A stretch of 64,000 nt of DNA from an uncultured delta proteobacterium (GTDB lineage Bacteria > Myxococcota > Myxococcia > Myxococcales > Anaeromyxobacteraceae): positions 416,001 through 480,000 of the forward strand of contig CAVYBH010000012.1 in NCBI GenBank assembly GCA_963766715.1, read 5' to 3'. This document shows, piece by piece, positions 33,758 to 48,839 of this stretch. How positions within the stretch are numbered: position 1 is the first letter of the stretch; every line of letters begins with the position of its first letter. The notes under the pieces were generated by a model. The model was not told where the DNA came from. It was given only the letters and a program-made list of their open reading frames with translations, and did no database searches. The position numbers and the translations under genes were made by a program.

Positions 33758-34803
33758 ATGAGCGCAAACGGCCAGACCCAGAATCCCGTCCCCACCTACA
33801 CCAAGAAGGACTTCGAGTCCGGAGTCGACCCGCGCTGGTGTCCCGGGTGCGGCGACTTCTCCATCATCAACCAGGTGCAGAAGGCCATGCCCGCCGTGGG
33901 CGTGGCCCGCGAGAACATCGTCTTCATCTCGGGCATCGGATGCTCCTCGCGCTTCCCGTACTACATGAACAACTACGGGATGCACACGCTGCACGGCCGC
34001 GCGCCCTCCTTCGCCTCCGGGCTGAAGGTCTCGCGGCCGGAGCTGATGGTGTGGGTGATCACCGGTGACGGCGACGCACTCGCCATCGGCGGCAACCACT
34101 TCATCCACACGATGCGGCGCAACCTGGACCTCAAGGTCCTGATGTTCAACAACCGCATCTACGGCCTCACCAAGGGCCAGGTCTCCCCGACCTCCGAGCT
34201 GGGGAAGAAGACCAAGACCACGCCGCACGGGTCGCCCGACTACCCGTTCAACGCCCCGGCGCTGGCGCTGGGCGCGGGCGCCACGTTCGTGGCCCGCTCC
34301 ATCGACGTCGAGGGTGCGCACCTGGGCGGGATCATCGGCGCGGCGGCGGCCCACAAGGGCAGCGCCTTCATCGAGGTCTTCCAGAACTGCCCGGTGTTCA
34401 ACGACGGCGCCTACACGTTCCTCACCGACAAGGCCGTCAAGACCGAGGCCATCCTCCGCATGGAGGCGGGCAAGCCGCTCGTCTTCGGCAAGGACGGCAA
34501 GAAGGGCATCCGCTTCAACGGCCAGACGGCCGAGCTCGAGGTGGTGACCATCGGCGAGAACGGGATCACCGAGAAGGACATCCTCGTCCACGACCCGAGC
34601 CGCGCCGACCCGACCATCGCCTTCATGATGGCGAACCTGTCCGACCGGGCGGGCTTCCCGACCCCATCGGCATCTTCCGCGACGTCCGCAAGCCGACCGC
34701 CGACGAGAACACCTGGGAGATGATCAAGGCCGCCAAGGCCAAGAAGGGCGAGCAGTCGCTCGTGAAGTTCCTCTCCGGCGCCGACACCTGGCAGGTGAAG
34801 TAG
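33758..34803 (+). CDS. 2-oxoacid:ferredoxin oxidoreductase beta subunit; indel near 34662
   Basis: WCPGCG, SGIGCSS, LHGRA, GDGD, NNRIYGLTKGQ. Confidence 0.93.
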
Positions 34804-34830
34804 GGCGCCCGGGCGCGACCCGGATTCATC

Positions 34831-34868
34831 GAGGGGCATCGGCGCGAGCCGGTGCCCCTTTCTCGTTT
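34831..34868 (+). terminator. Intrinsic terminator after the oxidoreductase operon
   Basis: GAGGGGCATCGGC-gcga-GCCGGTGCCCCTT then TCTCGTTT. Confidence 0.75.
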
Positions 34869-35649
34869 GCGGCGCGCAGTCCCGCCGGGCCTCGAGGACG
34901 GCCTCGCAGTGGAGGGCCTGCGGGCTCTCCGGCGGGGCGGCGGCGATGCAGGCGCGGCAGGACGCGGAGACCGCGTGGCAGGGGGCCTCGAGCCCCCGCG
35001 CGCCACAGGCCCCGGCTCGCGCCTCGATCAGGCCGGGGTCGAGCCGGACGGCCTCGTCGTAGCTCGCCGCCGCGAGGGCGACGTCTCCGCGGTGCCAGGA
35101 CACCCAGCCGAGGTCCTGGTGGACCTGGGGCACGTCCGGCCTGGCCTCGAGCGCATGCAGGAGATCGCGGCGGGCCCGGTCGAGGAGCAGCCTGCGCTCG
35201 TCTCCTGGGCTGTCGAGCGCCCGGCGTGCGAGGAGGCGGGCCCGATCGATCCGGGCCGGGACCTGGTCGGGGTCGATGCGAAGCGCGTCGCCGAAGGCGG
35301 CCTCCGCGTCCGCCTCGAGACCCAGCGCCGCGAGGGCCTCGCCGCGGTTCACGTGGGCCTCCGCCAGGTCGGGATCGGCGGACAGGGCGAGGTCGAACTG
35401 GGCGAGCGCCTCGACCGGACGGCCGGCCGCGCGAAGCGCGACGCCCAGCCCGTTTCTCGCCTCGGCCAGGTCGGGCGCGATCTCGAGTGCGTGCTCGAAG
35501 GCCACCTCGGCGCGCTCCCGGTCGCCCTCGGCGAGGTGGCGGTAGCCTCGGCGGACCTGCTCCATCGAACGGGGATGGGGCGGGGCGACCACGCAGGCCG
35601 AGAGGGGAAGGGGGAGGAGGAGGAGGGCGGCGAGCGCGCGTTCGGGCAC
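34861..35649 (-). CDS. TPR-repeat lipoprotein (3' end uncertain)
   Basis: Lipobox LSAC; repeats such as AEARNGLGVAL and AEAHVNRGEAL. Confidence 0.8.
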
Positions 35650-35784
35650 GTCCCGGCCGGGTTGCGAGCGGCGGGCCGATCCGGCCTCGGCGACCTCCGG
35701 GCAGACGACGGGGCGTGAACGGCCGCAGGGCGAACGAGGCGGCCGGGTCGCGGTCGCGCCCGCTGGGCCGGGATTCGCGCGAAA

Positions 35785-35813
35785 TTGACACTACATGCGT
35801 GGTCACATAGCTT
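35785..35813 (+). promoter_or_regulatory. sigma70 promoter giving a near-leaderless transcript of the RHH gene
   Basis: TTGACA-17 bp-TAGCTT, ATG 9 nt downstream, no SD. Confidence 0.65.
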
Positions 35814-35822
35814 CGTTGCCGC

Positions 35823-36014
35823 ATGGCCCGGAAGAAGATCTCGACCACGGTGTACATCACGCCCGAACAGGACGAGCGCCTGAAGCTGCTCAACGAGCGG
35901 ACCAAGGTGCCGGTGGCGGAGTACATCCGTCAGGGGATCGACATGGTCCTCGACAAGTACCGGGCCGCACTTCCCGGACAGCTCACGCTGGACGAGCTGG
36001 AACGGAAGGGGTAG
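35823..36014 (+). CDS. Ribbon-helix-helix DNA-binding protein
   Basis: MARKKISTTVYITPEQDERLKLLNERTKVPVAEYIRQGIDMVL: strand-helix-helix pattern. Confidence 0.88.
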   Translation: MARKKISTTVYITPEQDERLKLLNERTKVPVAEYIRQGIDMVLDKYRAALPGQLTLDELERKG

Positions 36015-36026
36015 TCGACGAGCCCC

Positions 36027-36968
36027 ATGGCCGAAAAGCGCGTCGTCATCCTCGGAGCGGCAGGATTCATCGGCAGCCATCTCACCGACCGGTTCCTCGC
36101 CGAGGGATGGAAGGTCCTCGGGGTCGACAACCTCATCACCGGCACGCTCCGCAACCTCGCGCACCTCGAGGGGAACGGCCGGTTCGAGTTCCTCCGGGCC
36201 GACGTCTGCGACGGCCTCGACGGCGTCGCGGGCCCGGTCGACGCGGTGCTCGACTTCGCCTCTCCGGCCTCGCCGATCGACTACCTCGAGCATCCCTTCG
36301 AGACCCTCAGGGTAGGGTCCGTGGGGGTGGAGCGAGCCCTCGACCTGGCGCGCGCCAAGGGCGCCACGTTCCTCCTCTCGTCCACCTCCGAGGTGTACGG
36401 CGATCCGCTCGAGCACCCGCAGAAGGAGAGCTACTGGGGGAACGTGAACCCGGTGGGGCCCCGCGCGGTGTACGACGAGGCCAAGCGGTTCGCCGAGGCC
36501 ATCACCATGGCCTACCACCGGTACCGCGGGGTCGACACCCGCATCGCGCGCATCTTCAACACCTACGGGCCCCGCATGCGGCTCGACGACGGGCGGGTCG
36601 TCCCCACGCTCGTGGCCCAGGCGCTGCGAGGGGAGCCGTTGACCGTCTTCGGCGACGGCTCGCAGACCCGGAGCTTCTGCTACGTCGACGACAACGTCGA
36701 GGGGATGTGGCGCCTGCTCCACTCGAAGGAGCACGATCCCGTGAACATCGGGAATCCGCACGAGATGACCATCCTGGAGTTCGCCCGGGCCGTGCAGCGG
36801 CTCTGCGGCCGCGACCTGCCCATCGTGCACCGGCCCCTGCCGAAGGACGACCCGCGAGTCCGCCGCCCGGACATCACCCGGGCGCGGGAGATCCTGGGCT
36901 GGGAACCCCAGGTCGGGTTCGACGAGGGGATGCAGCGCAGCATCGCCTGGTTCCGCCAGCAGGTCTGA
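36027..36968 (+). CDS. UDP-glucuronate decarboxylase family NDP-sugar enzyme
   Basis: [44 protein letters not shown]. Confidence 0.92.
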   Translation: MAEKRVVILGAAGFIGSHLTDRFLAEGWKVLGVDNLITGTLRNLAHLEGNGRFEFLRADVCDGLDGVAGPVDAVLDFASPASPIDYLEHPFETLRVGSVGVERALDLARAKGATFLLSSTSEVYGDPLEHPQKESYWGNVNPVGPRAVYDEAKRFAEAITMAYHRYRGVDTRIARIFNTYGPRMRLDDGRVVPTLVAQALRGEPLTVFGDGSQTRSFCYVDDNVEGMWRLLHSKEHDPVNIGNPHEMTILEFARAVQRLCGRDLPIVHRPLPKDDPRVRRPDITRAREILGWEPQVGFDEGMQRSIAWFRQQV

Positions 36969-36980
36969 TCGGAGGGAAGC

Positions 36981-37907
36981 GTGGCAGGAAAGATCCTCGT
37001 GACCGGGGGCGCCGGGTTCATCGGCTCCACCGTGGCCGACCGGTTCGTCGGAGCCGGCTGGGACGTGGCGGTGCTCGACGACCTCTCGTCGGGCAAGCGC
37101 GAGAACGTCCCGGGGCAGGCCCGCTTCTACCCGTGTGACGTCCGCAGCGCGGCGGCGGCCGAGGCCGTGCTCGCCGAGCGCCCCGACGTCCTCTGCCACC
37201 ACGCCGCCCAGATCGACGTGCGCCGGTCGATGGCCGATCCGCGCTACGACGTCGACGTGAACGTGGGCGGGCTCGTGAACCTGCTCTCGGCCGCGGCCCG
37301 CGCCGGGGTGAAGCACGTCCTCTTCGCGTCGAGCGGGGGCGCCGCCTACGGCGACACGGATCGGATTCCCACGCCGGAGGACGAGCCCACCCACCCGGTG
37401 TCGGTGTACGGGGCGTCCAAGGTGGCGAGCGAGCTCTTCCTCGGCGTCTGGCGGGCCGCGCACGGGATCACCTTCACCGCGCTCCGGTACGGCAACGTCT
37501 ACGGGCCGAGGCAGGACCCGCACGGCGAGGCGGGGGTGGTGGCCATCTTCGCCGGGCGGCTGCTCGGCGGGGAGCCCTGCACCATCAACGGCGACGGCGG
37601 CCAGACCCGCGACTACGTCTTCGTGGCCGACGTGGCGCGCGCGAACCTCCTCGCGGCGGAGCGCCGTCACGACGGGCCCGTCAACGTGGGCACCGGCGTC
37701 GAGACCGACGTGAACCGGCTCTACCAGGTCCTGGCCGACGCGGCCGGCGTCCGGGCGGCGGCGACCCACGGGCCGGGAAAGGCGGGCGAGCAGCGCCGCT
37801 CCTGCCTCGACGCGTCCGCCGCCGCGCGCGTGCTGGGCTGGCGCCCCGAGGTCGGCATCGAGGACGGCCTCCGGCGCACGCTCGAGTGGTTCCGCGCGCG
37901 GCGCTGA
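36981..37907 (+). CDS. NAD-dependent epimerase (UDP-glucose 4-epimerase-like)
   Basis: TGGAGFIGS, YGASK, RYGNVYGPRQDPHGEAGVV. Confidence 0.92.
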   Translation: MAGKILVTGGAGFIGSTVADRFVGAGWDVAVLDDLSSGKRENVPGQARFYPCDVRSAAAAEAVLAERPDVLCHHAAQIDVRRSMADPRYDVDVNVGGLVNLLSAAARAGVKHVLFASSGGAAYGDTDRIPTPEDEPTHPVSVYGASKVASELFLGVWRAAHGITFTALRYGNVYGPRQDPHGEAGVVAIFAGRLLGGEPCTINGDGGQTRDYVFVADVARANLLAAERRHDGPVNVGTGVETDVNRLYQVLADAAGVRAAATHGPGKAGEQRRSCLDASAAARVLGWRPEVGIEDGLRRTLEWFRARR

Positions 37908-37913
37908 GCCGGC

Positions 37914-38768
37914 CTAGCCCTCCTGCGGCGGTTCCTCTTCCGGCTCCCCGGGTGCGGGGGCGGGCCCGCCCAGGATCCGCTCCAGCTCCGCCCGGGCCGC
38001 GCCGGCCTCCGCGGCGGGGACGGTCCCGTTCCGCTCCAGCAGGCCGAGGATTCGCCGGGCCTTCCGGGCCAGCCAGCGGGGGGCGGGGGCCAGCGCCGCG
38101 CGCCTCGGGGCGGGGAGCATGGCGGCCAGCGTGGCCGACTGTGCGGCGGAGAGGTCGCGAGCGCCCACGCCGAACCAGCGGCGGGCCGCGGCCTCCGCGC
38201 CGAAGACGCCGTTTCCCCACTCGGCCACGTCCAGGTAGAGGGTGAGGATGCGCTTCTTCGACAGGGACCGCTCGAGCTTCACGGCGAGCAACGCCTCCCT
38301 GAGCTTGCGGAGGTAGCTGCGCTCGGTCCCGAGCCAGAGGTTCTTGGCGAGCTGCTGGGTGATGGTGGAGGCGCCGCGCACGGTGCGCCCGGCCTTCCAG
38401 TTCTGCTCGGCGGCGTTCTTGATCTCGTCCCAGTCGAAGCCGGCGTGACCGAAGAAGGAGGCGTCCTCGGAGGCCACCACGGCGCGCACCAGCCGGGGGG
38501 AGATCCGATCGAGGGAGACCGGGCGGTAGTCGGGCCGGAACGCCTTCCCGGTCGCGGTCGCCTCGGCGCGCCGCTGCTCCATCAGGGCGGTGGAGGGCGG
38601 CGCCCGCGTGGCGAGCGGCTCCACGTCGGGCAGGGATCGCCAGAGGAGCCAGGAGAGGAGGGCCAGGACCGCCAGCGCGCCTGCCCCGAAGGCGGCGATG
38701 CGCAGCGCCCAACGCCCCTTCGGGGCCGCCTGCCTCCTCGAACCCTTGCCCCGCTTCGCCGATGCCAC
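37914..38768 (-). CDS. mtgA: Monofunctional peptidoglycan transglycosylase
   Basis: TM then SEDASFFGH.GFD, GASTITQQLAKN, RKLRE, KKRIL..YL. Confidence 0.92.
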   Translation of the reverse strand: MASAKRGKGSRRQAAPKGRWALRIAAFGAGALAVLALLSWLLWRSLPDVEPLATRAPPSTALMEQRRAEATATGKAFRPDYRPVSLDRISPRLVRAVVASEDASFFGHAGFDWDEIKNAAEQNWKAGRTVRGASTITQQLAKNLWLGTERSYLRKLREALLAVKLERSLSKKRILTLYLDVAEWGNGVFGAEAAARRWFGVGARDLSAAQSATLAAMLPAPRRAALAPAPRWLARKARRILGLLERNGTVPAAEAGAARAELERILGGPAPAPGEPEEEPPQEG

Positions 38769-38898
38769 GCCGGTTCCCTATCAGGGATGGGCCGTCGGGG
38801 GAACGGCTCCCACAAGGGCGAGCGCCGCGCCCGGCGAGGGATTACATGCCCGGAAACTCGCGACGAGCGGCCCGCGGGGCCGCGGAGGAAGGAAGATC

Positions 38899-39501
38899 AT
38901 GAGCGTGAAGCTCTACAAGCCCCAGGACTTCTCGAAGGTGCGCGGCCTCGCCGGCATCTCCAACGACCAGATCGAGGAGCACCTCAAGCTCTACGAGGGC
39001 TACGTGAAGCGCACGAACGCGCTCACGGAGAAGCTGGAGGGGCTGGCCAAGGAGGGCAAGGCGGCCGGCGCCGACCCGGTCTACGCCGAGCTCACCCGCC
39101 GGCTCGGCTTCGAGTACGACGGCATCCTGAACCACGAGTACTACTTCGGAAATCTCACCGCGGGTGCACAGGCCGAGCCGCCGTCCGGGTCGAAGCTGGC
39201 CAAGGCCATCGACGCGTCCTTCGGCGGCTACGGGACCTTCCTGGCCGACTTCCGCGCCATCGCCACCATGCCGGGCATCGGCTGGGCGATGACCTTCCAG
39301 GATCCGGCCACCGGCTGGCTCTCCAACCACTGGATCACCCTCCACGAGAACGGCATCCCCATCGGCTTCACGCCCATCCTGGTGATGGACGGGTGGGAGC
39401 ACGCCTTCATGCGCGACTACAAGGCCTTCGAGCGCGGCAAGTACGTCGACGCGTTCTTCAAGAACGTCGACTGGGCCGCCGTCGAGAAGCGCCTGAAGTA
39501 G
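38899..39501 (+). CDS. Fe/Mn superoxide dismutase family protein
   Basis: EEHLKLY, NHEYYF, GIGW, MDGWEHAF metal ligands. Confidence 0.9.
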   Translation: MSVKLYKPQDFSKVRGLAGISNDQIEEHLKLYEGYVKRTNALTEKLEGLAKEGKAAGADPVYAELTRRLGFEYDGILNHEYYFGNLTAGAQAEPPSGSKLAKAIDASFGGYGTFLADFRAIATMPGIGWAMTFQDPATGWLSNHWITLHENGIPIGFTPILVMDGWEHAFMRDYKAFERGKYVDAFFKNVDWAAVEKRLK

Positions 39502-39577
39502 CCGCACTCGGAGAGGCGCTCGCGCCCGCGCCGACTCGCCTCCCGGCGGGCGGCCGCGGGCGCGGCCACGTCCGGCC

Positions 39578-40722
39578 ATGCCATCGCGAACCCGTCCCGT
39601 CTCCCGCGCGCCGCGCCGCGCTCCGCCGGAGGTTGCTCGCCTGGTGGGACGCGGGGCACCGGGACCTGCCCTGGCGGGTTCCCCAGCACGGCGCCGATCC
39701 CTACCGGGTCTGGCTGGCCGAGGTGATGCTCCAGCAGACGCGGGTCGAGACGGCGATCCCGTACTACCGGCGCTTCCTGGAGCGCTGGCCGTCCCTCGAG
39801 GCGCTGGCCGCCGCCGACGACGCGGAGGTCCTGGCCGCCTGGAGCGGCCTCGGGTACTACGCGCGCTGCCGCAACCTGATCGCGGCCGCCCGGGAGGCGC
39901 TGCGGAGGCACGGCGGCCTGCCCGGCTCGCTCGAGGCGCTCCGCGCGCTCCCCGGCTTCGGGCCATACACTGCGGGTGCAGTGGCCAGCATCGCCTTCGC
40001 CGTCCCGGCGGCGGCGGTCGACGGGAACGTGTCGAGGGTGCTCTCCCGGCTGTTCCGCGTGGCGGGGGGACGCCGCAGTCACCGAAGGTGAAGCGGCGGC
40101 TGGAGGCGCTCGCCGCGGCGCTCGTCAATCGCGAGCGGCCCGGGCGACTTCAACCAGGCGTTGATGGAGCTCGGGGCCACCACCTGCCTGCCCCGGCGCC
40201 CGCGCTGCGCGAGCTGCCCGGTGTCCGGCGCCTGCGAGGCGTTCCGGGCCGGGCGGCAGGCCGAGCACCCCGGCAGGCGGGTGCGGCGAAGGCCGACCGA
40301 CGTCCGCCTCGCGGTGGTCCGCGTGGAGCGGGGAGGGCGCCTCCTCCTCGCCCGTGCGCCGGACGGGGGACTCCTGGGGGGGATGTGGGGCCTTCCAGGC
40401 GTCGAGGTCCCGTCCGGGGCGGATCCCGCGAGCGACGCTCGAGGCCTGGGGGCGGCAGGCGCTGGGAAAATCCCTGGAGGTCCGGGAGGAACTGGGGACG
40501 GTCGTTCGCCTGCTCACCCACCGCCGCCTGGAGTTCCGCATCTTCCGGGGCAGGCTCGGGGCAGGGCGGGCGAACGATTCCGGGCGTCTGCGCTTTACAT
40601 CCGAGGGCGAGGCGAGTAGTTTGCCGCGCTCCACGGCGATGCGCCGCGTCATCGAGGCCTCGGGCGGGTGGTCTTTCGCTCCGGCCCGAAGACGAGACGC
40701 GAAAAAGGTCACCGGGGAGTGA
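39578..40722 (+). CDS. mutY: A/G-specific adenine glycosylase; several indels
   Basis: RDLPWR, EVMLQQT, GLGYYAR, LPGFGPYTAGA, VDGNV, [4Fe-4S] CLPRRPRCASCPVSGAC. Confidence 0.9.
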
Positions 40723-40731
40723 CGGAAGCCC

Positions 40732-40760
40732 TTGACTTCAATCGGGCCCACCCGTATAAA
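40732..40760 (+). promoter_or_regulatory. sigma70 promoter of the str operon
   Basis: TTGACT-17 bp-TATAAA. Confidence 0.8.
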
Positions 40761-40841
40761 TCGCGCCCTTTTTGACGGCGGAAGCCGTAGCAGGCGCCTC
40801 GGGTTCGCCCGGGGCGTTTCGCCAGGAAAGAACTGGATCGA

Positions 40842-41213
40842 ATGCCGACGATCAGCCAGCTGGTCCGCAAGGGCCGCGAGAAGCTCAAGACGAAGAGGAA
40901 GGCGCCGGCGCTGGTGGAGTCGCCCCAGAAGCGCGGCGTCGCCACTCGCGTCTACACCACCACCCCGAAGAAGCCGAACTCGGCTCTCCGGAAGGTGGCC
41001 CGCGTCCGCCTCACCAACGGCTTCGAGGTCACGAGCTACATCCCCGGCGTCGGCCACAACCTCCAGGAGCACTCGGTGGTGCTCATCCGCGGCGGCCGCG
41101 TGAAGGACCTCCCCGGCGTTCGCTATCACATCATCCGCGGTACCCTCGACGCCGTCGGCGTCCAGGGCCGCAAGCAGAGCCGCTCGAAGTACGGCGCCAA
41201 GCGCCCGAGCTAG
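40842..41213 (+). CDS. rpsL: 30S ribosomal protein S12
   Basis: [26 protein letters not shown]. Confidence 0.99.
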   Translation: MPTISQLVRKGREKLKTKRKAPALVESPQKRGVATRVYTTTPKKPNSALRKVARVRLTNGFEVTSYIPGVGHNLQEHSVVLIRGGRVKDLPGVRYHIIRGTLDAVGVQGRKQSRSKYGAKRPS

Positions 41214-41226
41214 GCAGAGGATCTCG

Positions 41227-41697
41227 ATGCCCCGTCGTCGCGTAGTCGAGAAGCGGAAGATCCTGCCCGATCCCAAGTTCCAGGATCGGACCGTGGCGAA
41301 GTTCATCAACAACCTGATGCGCGAGGGCAAGAAGTCCACGGGCGAGCGGATCATCTACGGCGCGTTCGCCGTGGTCGAGAACCGCCTCAAGGACGATCCC
41401 CTCAAGGTCTTCAAGAAGGCCCTCGACAACGTGAAGCCGGTCGTCGAGGTGAAGTCCCGCCGCGTGGGCGGCGCCACCTACCAGGTCCCCGTGGAGGTCC
41501 GTCAGGACCGCCGCACCGCCCTGGCGATGCGCTGGCTCATCGAGTACGCCTCCTCGCGGGGCGAGAAGACGATGGTCGAGAAGCTTGCGGGTGAGATCCT
41601 CGATGCCGCGAACAACCGCGGCAACGCCGTGAAGAAGCGCGAGGACACCCACAAGATGGCCGAAGCGAACAAGGCGTTCGCACACTACCGCTGGTAG
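41227..41697 (+). CDS. rpsG: 30S ribosomal protein S7
   Basis: [24 protein letters not shown]. Confidence 0.99.
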   Translation: MPRRRVVEKRKILPDPKFQDRTVAKFINNLMREGKKSTGERIIYGAFAVVENRLKDDPLKVFKKALDNVKPVVEVKSRRVGGATYQVPVEVRQDRRTALAMRWLIEYASSRGEKTMVEKLAGEILDAANNRGNAVKKREDTHKMAEANKAFAHYRW

Positions 41698-41852
41698 CTC
41701 GTCGGTAAGGGTAAGGGAGGATCGAAGCTCGAAGAGGCCGACTCGGTCGGCAGGGTCCCGAGGACCCGATGGCTCTTTGACAGCTCGGTCAGGTCGACAC
41801 GTCGCCAGGCGACGTACGGATTGCGCACGCAACGGTTTGAAGGATAGAGAAA

Positions 41853-43946
<2,094 letters not shown>

Positions 43947-43976
43947 CCCGGCGCGTAACGACGAAGGAGAAGGCAC

Positions 43977-45166
<1,190 letters not shown>

Positions 45167-45243
45167 TCGAAGAAAGAGGCAGCCCCGGCGAACGGCGGTG
45201 CAGTCTGCCGCGCCGCGCCGGGGCTAGAAGCTGAGGCGTGAAG

Positions 45244-45549
45244 ATGGCAATGCAGAAGATCCGTATCCGGCTCAAGGCCTACGACTACAAGCTGCTCGAC
45301 CAGTCGGCCGGCGAGATCGTGGAGACCGCGAAGCGGACCGGCGCCAAGGTGGCCGGCCCGATCCCGCTCCCCACCCGGATCAACAAGTTCACCGTCCTCC
45401 GCAGCCCGCACGTCGACAAGAAGTCGCGTGAGCAGTTCGAGATCCGCACGCACAAGCGGCTTCTCGAGATCCAGGAGCCGACGTCGCAGACCCTGGACGC
45501 GCTCATGAAGCTGGATCTGTCGGCGGGCGTGGACGTGGAGATCAAGTAG
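45244..45549 (+). CDS. rpsJ: 30S ribosomal protein S10
   Basis: [23 protein letters not shown]. Confidence 0.99.
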   Translation: MAMQKIRIRLKAYDYKLLDQSAGEIVETAKRTGAKVAGPIPLPTRINKFTVLRSPHVDKKSREQFEIRTHKRLLEIQEPTSQTLDALMKLDLSAGVDVEIK

Positions 45550-45560
45550 GCGAGGACGCC

Positions 45561-46182
45561 ATGGCAAAGTTCGACGTCTATAGCCTGGACAGGAAGAAGG
45601 TCGGCGAGATCGACCTCAAGGACGAGGTCTTCGCCGGTCCGGTGAACGATCACCTCTTCTGGGAGGTGGTCAAGGCCAAGCTCGCCTCCGACCGTTCGGG
45701 TACTCACGCGGTGAAGAACCGCTCCCTCGTTTCCGGCGGCGGCAAGAAGCCCTGGAAGCAGAAGGGCACCGGCCGTGCCCGCCAGGGCTCGACCCGCGCC
45801 AGCCAGTTCGTCGGCGGCGGCAAGGCCATGGGCCCCAAGCCGCGCGACTACTCGTACGACGTGCCGCGCAAGGTCCGGAAGGCCGCGCTGCGCGTCGGCG
45901 CTGTCGCTCCGCAACTCCGAGCAGAAGCTGCTCATCGTCGACCGCTGGGCGCCCGAGGCGCCCCGCACGTCGGTGGCGGGCGAGGTGCTCGAGAAGCTGG
46001 GCGTGAAGCGGGCGCTGGTGGTCGACGGCGCCGAGAACGCGGCGCTGCAGAAGTCGATCCGGAACCTCTCCGGGTCCGACTTCCTGGCCACCCAGGGACT
46101 CAACGTGTACGACATCCTCGGGCACGAGTACCTGGTGCTCACCGCCGACTCGGCCCGGAAGGTGGAGGAGGCGCTGTCATGA
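45561..46182 (+). CDS. rplD: 50S ribosomal protein L4; indel near 45893
   Basis: [15 protein letters not shown]...LNVYDIL. Confidence 0.96.
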
Positions 46183-46472
46183 ACCTGACCAACCAGGACG
46201 TCGTCGTCCGCCCCATCATCAGCGAGAAGGCGGAGCGCGGCCGCGAGACCGAGCGTCAGTACGTCTTCGAGGTGCACCGCGAGGCGACCAAGATCCAGGT
46301 GAAGGGCGCGGTGGAGAAGCTCTTCTCCGTGAAGGTCACCGCGGTCCGCACCGCCATCGCCCGGGGCAAGAACAAGCGCGTCGGCCGTCACATCGGCCGC
46401 CGTCCCAACTGGAAGAAGGCCATCGTCACCCTGAAGCAAGGCGACACCATCGCCCTCTTCGAGGGGAAGTAG
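46179..46472 (+). CDS. rplW: 50S ribosomal protein L23
   Basis: [27 protein letters not shown]. Confidence 0.96.
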   Translation: MNLTNQDVVVRPIISEKAERGRETERQYVFEVHREATKIQVKGAVEKLFSVKVTAVRTAIARGKNKRVGRHIGRRPNWKKAIVTLKQGDTIALFEGK

Positions 46473-46487
46473 GCGAGGGGAACGAGC

Positions 46488-47336
46488 ATGGGCGTCAAGA
46501 GCTACAAGCCGACCAGCGCAGCCCGCCGTCACATGACGGTGGCGGACTTCGCCGAGATCACCAAGTCGCGTCCGGAGAAGAAGCTCACCAGGTCCAAGAA
46601 GCGGACGGGCGGGCGCAACGCGCACGGGCACATCACCACCCGTCACATCGGCGGCGGCCACAAGCAGCGCTACCGGATCATCGACTGGCGCCGGGACAAG
46701 GACGGCGTGCCGGCCACGGTCGCGTCGATCGAGTACGACCCGAACCGCACGGCCCGCATCGCGCTGCTCCACTACCAGGACGGCGAGAAGCGCTACATCC
46801 TCGCCCCGCTGGGCGTGGCCGTGGGCGACCTGCTGGTGTCGGGCGACGCGGTCGACATCCGGCCGGGCAACACGCTCCCCATCAGCGGCATGCCGCTCGG
46901 CACCCAGATCCACGGGCTCGAGCTGCAGCCCGGGTCGGGCGCGAAGCTCATCCGCACCGCCGGCTCCTTCGGGCAGGTCATGGCCAAGGAGGGCGAGTAC
47001 GCCCAGATCCGCATGCCCTCCGGCGAGATCCGGAAGGTCCTGCAGGTCGTCCGGGCCACCATCGGGCAGCTGTCGAACATCGAGAACGCCAGCATCCGCG
47101 TGGGCAAGGCGGGCAAGACCCGCTGGAGGGGCGTCCGCCCCACCGTGCGCGGCCTGGCGATGAACCCAGTCGATCACCCGCACGGCGGCGGCGAGGGCAA
47201 GTCCGGTCAGGGCAACCCGCACCCGGTCTCGCCCTGGGGCCAGAAGGCCAAGGGCCTCAAGACCCGCAACAACCGCCGCACGGACAAGTACATCGTCTCG
47301 CCCCGCAAGCGGGGCGTGCGTAGCCAGGCCACGTAG
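46488..47336 (+). CDS. rplB: 50S ribosomal protein L2
   Basis: [26 protein letters not shown]. Confidence 0.99.
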   Translation: MGVKSYKPTSAARRHMTVADFAEITKSRPEKKLTRSKKRTGGRNAHGHITTRHIGGGHKQRYRIIDWRRDKDGVPATVASIEYDPNRTARIALLHYQDGEKRYILAPLGVAVGDLLVSGDAVDIRPGNTLPISGMPLGTQIHGLELQPGSGAKLIRTAGSFGQVMAKEGEYAQIRMPSGEIRKVLQVVRATIGQLSNIENASIRVGKAGKTRWRGVRPTVRGLAMNPVDHPHGGGEGKSGQGNPHPVSPWGQKAKGLKTRNNRRTDKYIVSPRKRGVRSQAT

Positions 47337-47354
47337 CGGCGAGGACCGAGAGAA

Positions 47355-47657
47355 ATGGCGCGTTCCATCAAGAAGGGCCCGTTCGCCGACAAGCACCTCC
47401 TCAAGAAGGTCGAGGACGCGAACAAGGGAAGCAAGAAGTCGGTCATCAAGACCTGGTCGCGGCGGAGCACCATCATGCCGGACTTCGTCGGCCACACCTT
47501 CGCGGTCCACAACGGCCGCAAGTTCGTGCCGGTGTTCGTCCAGGAGAACATGGTGGGGCACAAGCTCGGCGAGTTCTCGCCGACCCGCACCTTCCACGGC
47601 CACACCGGCGAGAAGAAGGCGACAGCCGCTCCCTCGGCTCCGCCCCCGAAGAGGTAG
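47355..47657 (+). CDS. rpsS: 30S ribosomal protein S19
   Basis: [22 protein letters not shown]. Confidence 0.99.
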   Translation: MARSIKKGPFADKHLLKKVEDANKGSKKSVIKTWSRRSTIMPDFVGHTFAVHNGRKFVPVFVQENMVGHKLGEFSPTRTFHGHTGEKKATAAPSAPPPKR

Positions 47658-47666
47658 AGGACGGAC

Positions 47667-48116
47667 ATGGCCGATACCCAGAAGAAGACCGAGAAGACCC
47701 CGGCCCCTGGCCGCAAGGTCAAGGTCACCCGCAAGGAGCGGCGCGCGCGCACCGAGGCGCGCCGTCCGAAGCCGGGTCCGCACGCCACCCTGCGCCAGCT
47801 GCGCGTCACCCCCCGCAAGGTCCGGCTGGTCGCCGATCACGTGCGCGGGATGCCGGTCGGCGCCGCCCTGGCGATGCTCAAGTTCACGCCGCAGGCCGCC
47901 GCGCCGCACCTGGCCAAGCTGCTCCGGTCAGCCGTCGCCAACGCCGAGAACAAGGGCGGCCGCGTCGACGTCGACGCGCTGTTCGTGAAGACGCTCACCG
48001 TGGATCACGGCCCCAAGACCCGCCGCTTCATGCCGCGCGCCATGGGCCGGGCCACCCGCATCGACAAGAAGACGAGCCACGTCTACGTGGAGCTCGGCAT
48101 CGCGGAGCGCGCGTAA
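47667..48116 (+). CDS. rplV: 50S ribosomal protein L22 with basic N-terminal extension
   Basis: [23 protein letters not shown]. Confidence 0.97.
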   Translation: MADTQKKTEKTPAPGRKVKVTRKERRARTEARRPKPGPHATLRQLRVTPRKVRLVADHVRGMPVGAALAMLKFTPQAAAPHLAKLLRSAVANAENKGGRVDVDALFVKTLTVDHGPKTRRFMPRAMGRATRIDKKTSHVYVELGIAERA

Positions 48117-48134
48117 GCGCGCCAAGGAGACCAC

Positions 48135-48803
<669 letters not shown>

Positions 48804-48839
48804 CCAGCCCCGTCGGGAACACTTCGAGGAGATCGAGAG

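Noticed and set aside
34411..34860. TPR ORF extending antisense about 400 bp into the oxidoreductase beta gene
   Set aside because: It reads through a terminator into a shadow frame; the real stop was probably lost.
35823..36014. Naming the RHH gene cdbA or cdbB
   Set aside because: Same fold class, but I cannot confirm orthology without an alignment.
45561..46472. Apparent L4-L23 fusion ORF (similarly S16-KhpA-RimM at 60490-61536)
   Set aside because: Produced by indels; each gene has its own start and stop in another frame.
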